Shown here piece by piece: positions 1-7,825 of a stretch of 15,316 nucleotides of DNA. The notes beneath the pieces were generated by a model. It was given only the letters and a program-made list of their open reading frames with translations, did not search any database and had not been told where the DNA came from. Origin of the DNA: Verrucomicrobiota bacterium (GTDB lineage Bacteria; Verrucomicrobiota; Verrucomicrobiia; Limisphaerales; CANJSG01); the NCBI GenBank assembly GCA_038209745.1, contig JBBQXJ010000099.1, forward strand, positions 1-15,316, written 5' to 3'. The translations under genes were made by a program, and so were the position numbers. Within the stretch, counting starts at the first letter, position 1. Every line of letters begins with the position of its first letter.

Positions 1-1150
1 CAATCTCGCCAACCTCACCGACGGCCTGCGCGCCGAACGCGAACAGGGCATCACCATTGACGTGGCCTACCGCTACTTCGCCACGCCGAAGCGCAAGTTC
101 ATCGTCGCCGACACTCCGGGCCACGTTCAATACACCCGCAACATGGTGACCGGCGCCTCCACGGCGAACCTGTCGATCGTGCTGGTCGATGCGCGCCAGG
201 GCGTGATCGAGCAGACCCGCCGCCACACCTACATCGCGGCGTTGCTCGGCATTCCCCACCTCGTCATCGCGGTGAACAAGATGGACCTCGTCGATTGGAG
301 CGAAGAGCGGTTCCTCCAGATCCGGGACGAGATCGAAGGCTTCCTGCCGAAGCTCGACGCCTTCAAGGACGTGAAGTTCATCCCCATGAGCGCGCTGAAC
401 GGCGACAACGTCGTGAGCCTGTCCGACAAGACGCCGTGGTATGTCGGCCCCGCATTGCTCGGCCATCTGGAGACGGTCCACATCGCGAGCGACTGGAACC
501 TGAGCGCCTTCCGTTTTCCCGTGCAGTGGGTCAACCGCCCGAACAACCCCACGGACAAGAAGCTCCATGACTTCCGCGGCCTCAGCGGCCAGATCGCCGG
601 CGGCATCGTGAAGAAGGGGCAGAAGATCATGGTTCTGCCGAGCGGCGTGAAGACCACCGTGAAGGAGATTTGGACCTACGCCGGCGAACTGGAAGAGGCC
701 TTCTGTCCGCAGTCCGTGACGATCTGTTTGAACGACGACGTCGATGTCAGCCGCGGCGACTTCATCGTGGCCCGGGACAACCTGCCCGGCATGTCCACCC
801 AGCTGCGCGCCCGCGTCAGCTGGATGGCTCCGCGTCCTTTGCAGGCGGGGAAGAAATACTTCCTCAAGCATGGCACCCAGACGGTTCAGGCGATCGTGAC
901 CACGTTGGAGAGCCGGATCGACTTCGAAACGCTTGAACCCATGCCTTCCCCCGTTGAACTGGCGATGAACGACATTGGCCAAGTGGGCCTCCGCACGGCC
1001 AAGCCGCTGGTCTTCGACGGCTATGCCGCCAATCGCCTGACCGGTTCCTTCATTCTGATCGAGCAGGGGACCAATGCCACGGTCGCCGCCGGAATGCTCT
1101 ATCCGCCGACGGAGCCCGTTAAACTCGAATACACCGATTTCGCCATATGA
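1..1150 (+). CDS. cysN: Sulfate adenylyltransferase subunit 1 (GTPase subunit of ATP sulfurylase), 5'-truncated by the window edge; no fused APS kinase domain
   Basis: The frame is open from base 2: NLANLTDGLRAEREQGITIDVAYRYFATPKRKFIVADTPGHVQYTRNMVTGASTA. It has the G4 NKMD and G5 SAL motifs, FRFPVQWVNRP..DFRG, and C-terminal GSFILI..TNATVAAGM, all typical of CysN. Stop TGA at 1148-1150. Confidence 0.97.
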   Translation, partial: NLANLTDGLRAEREQGITIDVAYRYFATPKRKFIVADTPGHVQYTRNMVTGASTANLSIVLVDARQGVIEQTRRHTYIAALLGIPHLVIAVNKMDLVDWSEERFLQIRDEIEGFLPKLDAFKDVKFIPMSALNGDNVVSLSDKTPWYVGPALLGHLETVHIASDWNLSAFRFPVQWVNRPNNPTDKKLHDFRGLSGQIAGGIVKKGQKIMVLPSGVKTTVKEIWTYAGELEEAFCPQSVTICLNDDVDVSRGDFIVARDNLPGMSTQLRARVSWMAPRPLQAGKKYFLKHGTQTVQAIVTTLESRIDFETLEPMPSPVELAMNDIGQVGLRTAKPLVFDGYAANRLTGSFILIEQGTNATVAAGMLYPPTEPVKLEYTDFAI

Positions 1151-1479
1151 ACGCCCCAGACGAATCCAATGCGGCACGGGAAGCCGAGGAGCAAGAGGCG
1201 AAGCGGCAGCTCCGCGATTCCCACCTTCGGAGCATCATCAAAGCCGTCAGTTGGCGGGTGATCGGCACGATGGACACTTTCATGGTGAGCTTCGTGGCGT
1301 TGCACTTGCTTGGAGGAGGGACCCATGCCGACACGATCCACGCGGCCAAGGCGGCGGGCAGCATCGCGGGTCTGGAGGTGTTCACCAAGATTCTCCTCTA
1401 CTACCTGCACGAGCGCGCCTGGTCCCGCCTTCCGTTGGGCTCCATGCGACGCTTTTTTGGTCGTGAGCCCAAGCCCTGA
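1147..1479 (+). CDS. DUF2061-like small membrane protein (110 aa)
   Basis: RSIIKAVSWRVIGTMDT and EVFTKILLYYLHERAW motifs with two hydrophobic segments. ATGA overlap with the cysN stop. Confidence 0.88.
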   Translation: MNAPDESNAAREAEEQEAKRQLRDSHLRSIIKAVSWRVIGTMDTFMVSFVALHLLGGGTHADTIHAAKAAGSIAGLEVFTKILLYYLHERAWSRLPLGSMRRFFGREPKP

Positions 1480-1563
1480 AACGGGTTGGCCCTCAATCGG
1501 GAGACGCGCGGGTTTGGTCCGCGTGATTTCGCGGGCGGCGCCGTTGGCTGAAGAAACCCAGTC

Positions 1564-2478
1564 TCAATAGCCGTATTGCCGCGTTCCGTTGAGCAGGATG
1601 TAGCCGGTTCGCTCCAGATACCACGCGAAGTCGTTCTTCCCGGCCGCGTCGAAGTTGAGCAGCACTTGAGGATAAGAATAGTTCACCTTTTGGTATTTGG
1701 ACGACTTGCTGGTCCATCTTTTGATCTCCGAATGGCCGTCGGCGAATGAGAATCCGCAGGCGCCGTTGTGGTAGGAAGCGGGGATGTCGGTCCAGAGGGA
1801 ATTGTTCGGATTGTTGATGAAGTAGCCGTCGTTGATGGAGTCCGGATGCTCGTCCGTCATGAGCCACGTCTTGGAGGGATTGGGCACGTCGGACTGCCTC
1901 AAGAACTGCTTCCTATCCGGAAATCCCCAGTTCCTTGAAATCACCGTTGGATCGACGCCTGAATTCTGGCTGGTGCTGAATCGGCCGAAGAACGAATTCA
2001 TCGACAGGCTGCGGTTCCTTTGGCGATAGCCGGCGCTTTGCTGCGCGGGGCTCAGATAATTGTCGGCCGGGCACTTGTAGGCGCCCACCACGCCGCCGGT
2101 GTAGCGGCCGAGAACCCCGTTTCTGACCCACTCGTCGTTGTTGACGCTGCGATCCGCCGTCCCTCCGCCGGCGCCCCAGGTCATGACGTTGTTCACCCAG
2201 TTGTCGAACACCTTCTGGTTGATCGCCGTGACGGTTTGGTCGACGCCGTAGTTGTTGGCCACGTGGTCGGTGTTGTCTCCCGAATACAGGTGCCAGGCGA
2301 TGGTGAGCTGCTTGGTGTTGTTCAGGCAGCCGATGCCCTGGGCCTTGGTCTTCGCCTTGGCCAACGCCGGCAGCAGCATGCCGGCCAGAATCGCGATGAT
2401 GGCGATGACGACAAGGAGTTCGATCAGGGTGAAGGCGCGCGAAACGACCGCTTTGGCTCTCTGGTTCTTGAAGTGCAT
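1564..2478 (-). CDS. Prepilin-type N-terminal cleavage/methylation protein with C-terminal H-X9-DG motif (PVC-type pilin-like, DUF1559-related)
   Basis: [32 protein letters not shown]...CLNN.KQL N-terminus, internal YKCPAD and [13 protein letters not shown]-terminal [13 protein letters not shown]. Confidence 0.93.
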   Translation of the reverse strand: MHFKNQRAKAVVSRAFTLIELLVVIAIIAILAGMLLPALAKAKTKAQGIGCLNNTKQLTIAWHLYSGDNTDHVANNYGVDQTVTAINQKVFDNWVNNVMTWGAGGGTADRSVNNDEWVRNGVLGRYTGGVVGAYKCPADNYLSPAQQSAGYRQRNRSLSMNSFFGRFSTSQNSGVDPTVISRNWGFPDRKQFLRQSDVPNPSKTWLMTDEHPDSINDGYFINNPNNSLWTDIPASYHNGACGFSFADGHSEIKRWTSKSSKYQKVNYSYPQVLLNFDAAGKNDFAWYLERTGYILLNGTRQYGY

Positions 2479-2636
2479 AGGAAGTGCGGGATTGTTTTGA
2501 AAAGGTGAACCTGATTTTGGGCATCTTCAAGAGAGGAGGTGCCTCCGAGGCTGGGCGTCTTCGCCCTGGGGCGGAGATTCAAAATCTGAGATTTGTGAGT
2601 TGGCGGCGTCCGATGATTTTCACCTGTCCTCCGTCA

Positions 2637-2674
2637 GGTCGTGGGCTTTAGCGTTGCTAAAACGGATCACGACC
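2637..2674. promoter_or_regulatory. Nested inverted repeat in the divergent intergenic region (candidate operator or leader hairpin)
   Basis: GGTCGTG (2637-2643) / CACGACC (2668-2674) encloses the perfect palindrome TTTAGC-gtt-GCTAAA (2647-2661). It ends 37 nt upstream of the ATG at 2712. Function is inferred only. Confidence 0.4.
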
Positions 2675-2711
2675 GCAGTAGGAAGCATCGCGACCGGATG
2701 AAAGGCGGTTC

Positions 2712-5700
2712 ATGGATGGAGTGGTTATATTCTTGGTCCTGGTGCTGGTGGGAGTCCCGCTGGGAATTCTCGTCGCGCTCATCCGGCTGGGTTCGAAACT
2801 GCGCGATCTCTCGGCCGACCACGATCTGGTCCGCGACGAACTCTTTCGGCTTCGGAAGCGGCTCCAGGGTCTGGAAGCGGCTCGAAACGAGGGATCCCCT
2901 GTCACCCCGCCGGCCGAACCGATTCTCCGTGAAGCAGTGCCGGTCCCCCCGCCGTTGCCCAGGGCGACCGAATGGGTCGAGGAAGTCGTGCCTGCGCCCT
3001 TTTCCGGCGCTCCGAAACCAATTCCATCCGCCCGACCTCCCGCTTGGATTCCCACTGCTTCTCCGGTTCGTCCTGTGACGGTTCGCACAGAGCCACCCAA
3101 GCCGGCCTTCAATTTTGAGCAGTTCATGGGCGTGAAGCTCTTTGCATGGATCGGCGGTCTGGCGTTGTTCCTCGGAGTCGCGTTCTTCGTCAAATACAGC
3201 TTCGACCATGATCTCGTGCCCACTGAAGTGCGCGTCGCGATCGGTTTCCTCGTTGGGATCGGGTTGGTCGTTGGAGGAGTTTTCCTTTCGCGAAAGGACT
3301 TCAAGGTCGTCGCCCACACGCTTTGCGCCACGGGCGTCGTCAGCCTCTACGGGTGACCTTTGCCTGCCGCTCCGTCTACCAATTTGCGTTCTTCGGCCCG
3401 ATCCCGACCTTGATCCTGATGGTGCTGATCACCGCGGCGGCCTTCACGCTCGCGGTCCGGTTGAACGCCATCGTCGTCGCGGTGCTCGGTTTGTTGGGCG
3501 GCTTCCTGACGCCGCTGTTGCTGTCGACGGGGCAGGACAATCCGGCCGGGCTCTTCGGATACGTCGCGCTGCTCGATATCGGCCTTTTGGCGGTGGTGCT
3601 CCATCGGCGCTGGAGCTTCCTCGTCGCGCTTGCGGCCGGCGGAACCTTCCTCATGCAGGTCGGCTGGCTGCTGAAGTTCTTCGAACGCGAGCACTACTTC
3701 GACGGCGACCGCGTCCTGGTCGCCATGGCGGTGTTTCTGGGCTTTGGAGTTCTGTTTTCCAGCGCCACATGGGTCGCGGAAAAGCGGAGCCAATCGACGC
3801 CCTGGATGACGGGGCCGACCCTGCTCCTGTTGCTGGTGGCCGCGTTGGTGACCGGGTTCTTCATCGAATTCGCGCCGCTGGCGAACCGGCCCGGGCTGAT
3901 TTTCGGCTACCTCCTGCTGGTCGATCTCGTGGCCATCGGATTGGTCTGGCTGAAGACGGATCTGCGCCGGGTGCTGCCGGTGGCGGGGGCGGTGGTCTTC
4001 GGCTTGTTCGGATATTGGATGATGGACCACGGCTCCGAGCCTCTCTTGCCGTGGGCTCTGGGGATCACCTTTGTCTTCGCTTTGTTGCACTCGCTGTTGC
4101 CGATCATCCTGCAGCGGGTGCGGCCGGCGCTGGTTGCCTCGAACTGGGCCCATGCGTTTCCGCCACTGGCGCTTTTGTTGATCATGGTGCCGCTGGTGCG
4201 CTTTGAATCCGTGCCCTGGGCGCTCTGGCCGGTGGTGTTCTTGGTCGACGCCATGGCCTTGGGGCTGGCGGTCGCGACGGCGTCCCTGGTTTCGGTGCTC
4301 GGGGTGTTGATCGTGTCTCTCATGCTCGTGGCCACCTGGATCTGGCGCATCCCGGTGGCGGTCGGAGTGGATGCGGGCCCGCTGCCGGTCTTGTTGGTTC
4401 TGGGACTGGTGGTGGTCTTCTTCGCCGTGGCCGGCACCTGGCTGGCGAAGCGGTTGTCCGGACGAACCGGAACCGGCTCGACGCCTTGGGAGATGTCGCC
4501 CGCGGCCGCCGCGCGCCTCCTGCCGGCCTTCGCCGGAGGACTGCCGTTTCTCCTGCTCATGCTGATGACGCTGCGAATGCCGATGGCGCATCCGTCACCG
4601 GTCCTGGGTCTGGCGTTGGCCCTCGTGGTCCTGATGTTAGGCGTGGCCCGCGCCCAGGCCATCGCGGCGCTGCCGGCGGTCGCGCTCGGCTGCGTCCTCG
4701 CGCTGGAATATGTCTGGCAGGGGTTCCGGTTCGACGCGGCGCTCAACGGCTGGGAATCGCTCGCATGGCACGTCGGTTTCGCGCTGCTGTTCGGCGCCTT
4801 CCCGTTCGCCTTCGCGAACCGGTTCCGAGAGCAGACGCGGCCGTGGATCGTGGCCGCGTTGTCGGGCGTCCTGCATTTCCATCTGGTCTATCACGCGGTC
4901 GAAGCGGTCGCGCCCAATCCCTACATGGGCCTGGTGCCCGGGTTGATGGCGCTGCCCGCATTGGGGCAGCTTGGCCTTGCGCTGCGCCTCTTCAAGGAGC
5001 CGTCGCCCGTGCGCTTGGAGGTCTTGGCTTGGTTCGGCGGGGCGGTCCTGTTCTTCGTGACGCTCGTGTTCCCGATCCAGTTCGACCAGCAGTGGCTGAC
5101 CGTGGCGTGGGCCTTGGAGGACGCGGCCTTGTGCTGGCTGTTCCATCGGTTGCCGCATCCGGGATTGCGACTCGTCGGCTTCGGCTTGCTCGTCGTGTCG
5201 TTCGTCCGGCTCGCCTTGAATCCGGCGGTGCTCAGCTACCATGCGCGCAGCGGGGTGCCGCTCTTCAATTGGTACCTCTACGCCTACGGGTTGGTGATCG
5301 CCGCTCTGTTCCTTGCCGCCAACCTGCTGGCGCCGCCGCGTGATCGGATCATGGACGCGAGCGCCCCGCCGATCCTTCGGGCTCTGGGCACGGTGCTGGT
5401 CTTCCTGCTGGTGAACATCCAGATCGCGGACTATTTCAGCCGGCCCGGCGAACCGTCGCTGACCTTCCAGTTCAGCGGCGACTTCGCCCGCGACATGACC
5501 TACACGATCGCCTGGGCGCTCTTCGCGCTGGGTTTGTTGGTCATCGGGCTGAAGCACCGTCTTCGCCCCGTGCGCTACGCGGCGCTCGCGCTGTTGTCCG
5601 TCACGCTGCTCAAGCTGTTCTTCCACGACCTGGCCCGGCTCGATGCGCTCTATCGGATCGCGGCCCTGATCGTGGTGGCCGTTGTCGCCATGCTTGCGTC

Positions 5701-5761
5701 GTTCATCTACCAAAAAGCCATCTCCCATGACGCCGTTCATGCTGAACCTCCACAAAGTTGA
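2712..5761 (+). CDS. DUF2339-like large polytopic membrane protein (~1016 aa if joined), interrupted by a 1-nt frameshift at ~3351-3353 (sequencing error or pseudogene)
   Basis: ORF 2712-3356 has an N-terminal TM, coiled coil, Pro-rich linker and FEQFMGVKLFAWIGGLALFLGVAFFVKYS. It continues in ORF 3323-5761 (LGLLGGFLTPLLLSTG, many TMs, C-terminal KLFFHDLARLDALYRI). Adding one G to TAC GGG TGA CC gives TAC GGG GTG ACC, i.e. SLYGVTFAC. Confidence 0.85.
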
Positions 5762-7715
5762 ATGCTTCGTCCTGCTGCTGGCCGCGACGTGGGTCGGCCG
5801 GGCGGCGGACTTCGCCCCCTGGGAATTCCGCCAACGCTTCGAAGTGCCGTCCGCGGGTCTGGTCAAGGTGGCGCTGACCCCGGAGCTGCTGGGCGCAAGC
5901 CAACCGGGCCTGGCGGACTTGCGGCTGGTCGATCCAGCCGCCGTTGAAGTGCCGTTCCTCGTGCAGCATCCGATGGCTCGTGCGGCTGCGACCTTTGAGC
6001 CGAAGCGGTCCGAGACGACCCTCCGCGACGAGGCGACCGTGGTGTGGATCGAGACGGGCCGGACGTCGCCAGTGGAAACGATCACCCTGTCGATCCCGAC
6101 GCCTCGATTCCTCAAGGCGGTTACGGTCGAGGGCTCGGTCGACAACCGGACATGGAAGTCGCTTCGCACCGGAGCTCCGGTCTTCGGCGAACCAGCGGGT
6201 CCGCAGCAGACAACGGTCGAGATCGAGCCGGCGGTGTGGGCTTTTCTCCGGGTCGCCCTTGATGATCGCCGGACGGATCCGGTGCCCGTGACCGGTGCGA
6301 CGCTCGGGGAAGCGCCCTCCGGTCCAGTCGGCACCGAGTGGCTGCCCGCCCGGATCTCCGATCAGGCGGAGTCGTCCGGCGAATCCCGTTTTGTCGTCGA
6401 ACTGCCGGCCGCCAATCTTCCGGTGGACCTGCTGGAAGTGGAGACGCCGGAACCGTTGTTCCGTCGAGCCGTGCGGGTCTTCCAGAGAGACCTGAGCGAC
6501 GAGCAGATCGTCGAATCACCCGTCGGGGGAGGCACGCTTTATCGGATCGAGTTGGAAGGTTCCGGAGCTGTTCGCCAATTGGGTGTGCCGGTGACGCGGC
6601 CACTGAGCAGCCGGGAAGTGGTTCTGGCGGTGGCGAACGGCGATAGTCCCGCCCTCCGAATTTCGTCGGTTCGGGTCCGGGTGCGTCCGAGCCATCTGGT
6701 CTTCGGTGCGACGCGTTCGGGCATCTTCACTTTCCGCACCGGCAACCCGCTGGCGACGTCTCCCCGATACGACGTGGCGTCTTTGGGCGCCGCCGTGAAC
6801 GCGCTGAAGCCCTCCGACATCAGGCCTGCGGCCCTTGAGCGGGATCCGGGTTTTCGGCCGGCGGAAGCACTGGCGGGCATCGGCGCGCTGGGCGGAGCGG
6901 TCGATCTCTCGAAGTGGTCGGTCCGGCGTGCCGTGACGGTGGTCACGGGAGCGGTCGCCCGCTTGGAACTTGATCTGCCCGCGTTGAGCGGCGCGCGGCC
7001 GGACCTCGGCGATGTCCGGCTCGTGTGCGCGGGAAAACAGGTGCCGTTCCTCGTGGACCGGACGTCGCTGTCCCGCCCCGTGCCAGTGGAGCTGAAACCA
7101 CTTCCCGACGCCAAACACCCGAGCTTGGGCCGCTGGGAAATCCGGCTGCCGATGGCCGGCGTCCCGTTGCGGGAGTTGGTGGTCACGACCACGAGCCCGC
7201 TTTTCGACCGGACGTTTCGTCTTCTTGAAATCACGCAAAGCCAGCGGGGCGAAGAAGTCCGGGCGCGGGTGGCCGAGCAGCGGTGGGTTCGGACTCCGGA
7301 ATCGAAAGCGCCCCGGATGACGTTCTCTTTGAACAGGGTCGTCGCCGGTGCGGTGTTGGAACTGGAAACGGACAACGGCGACAACGCCCCGGTCGAGATC
7401 TCGGCCGCCACCGCCAGCCGTCCGGTCACGCGGCTGCTCTTCAAATCGCCTGCGGACGGTCCGGTGGATCTGATCTACGGCAATGCCGACGCCGCGCCGC
7501 CGCGCTACGATCTGGGACTGCTCGGCCGTGAGCTCTTCGCCTCGACCAAACAGCCCGCCCAAGCGGCTGAGGCGGCCGCGCGTCCCGGCGGAGGTGTCGG
7601 CTGGCGCTCCGCGTCCTGGATCTTGTGGGCTGTTCTCGTCCTGGTGGTCGGCGGATTGTTGGCGGTCATTTCCCGATGGCTCCCGAAGCCGAATGCCCCG
7701 GGTCGAGATGGTTGA
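5727..7715 (+). CDS. DUF3999-like exported protein with C-terminal membrane anchor and internal duplication (start 5727 or 5739)
   Basis: Signal-like N-terminus (FVLLLAATWVGRAA), two copies each of DLRL/DVRL..VPFLV, NGDS/NGDN and GN....PRYD motifs, and C-terminal TM WILWAVLVLVVGGLLAVISRW. Overlaps the end of the DUF2339-like gene. Confidence 0.75.
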   Translation: MTPFMLNLHKVECFVLLLAATWVGRAADFAPWEFRQRFEVPSAGLVKVALTPELLGASQPGLADLRLVDPAAVEVPFLVQHPMARAAATFEPKRSETTLRDEATVVWIETGRTSPVETITLSIPTPRFLKAVTVEGSVDNRTWKSLRTGAPVFGEPAGPQQTTVEIEPAVWAFLRVALDDRRTDPVPVTGATLGEAPSGPVGTEWLPARISDQAESSGESRFVVELPAANLPVDLLEVETPEPLFRRAVRVFQRDLSDEQIVESPVGGGTLYRIELEGSGAVRQLGVPVTRPLSSREVVLAVANGDSPALRISSVRVRVRPSHLVFGATRSGIFTFRTGNPLATSPRYDVASLGAAVNALKPSDIRPAALERDPGFRPAEALAGIGALGGAVDLSKWSVRRAVTVVTGAVARLELDLPALSGARPDLGDVRLVCAGKQVPFLVDRTSLSRPVPVELKPLPDAKHPSLGRWEIRLPMAGVPLRELVVTTTSPLFDRTFRLLEITQSQRGEEVRARVAEQRWVRTPESKAPRMTFSLNRVVAGAVLELETDNGDNAPVEISAATASRPVTRLLFKSPADGPVDLIYGNADAAPPRYDLGLLGRELFASTKQPAQAAEAAARPGGGVGWRSASWILWAVLVLVVGGLLAVISRWLPKPNAPGRDG

Positions 7716-7825
7716 AGCCAGGTTTTGGCGGTGGCGTGCGAAGGCCGTGGCCGCGTCGGCGAGAACTCCAACCACAGGAGATCCGCGCAAGGCTCGTGGC
7801 CAATCCCGCCGAAAGCCGAGGTGCT

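Noticed and set aside
2647..2661. CIRCE (HrcA) element
   Set aside because: It shares TTAGC/GCTAA ends but lacks TTAGCACTC-N9-GAGTGCTAA length and spacing, and no chaperone genes are adjacent.
3323..3352. Independent start for an 812-aa membrane protein
   Set aside because: The leading MRHGRRQPLR is out-of-frame sequence. The protein is better explained as the continuation of 2712-3353 across a frameshift.
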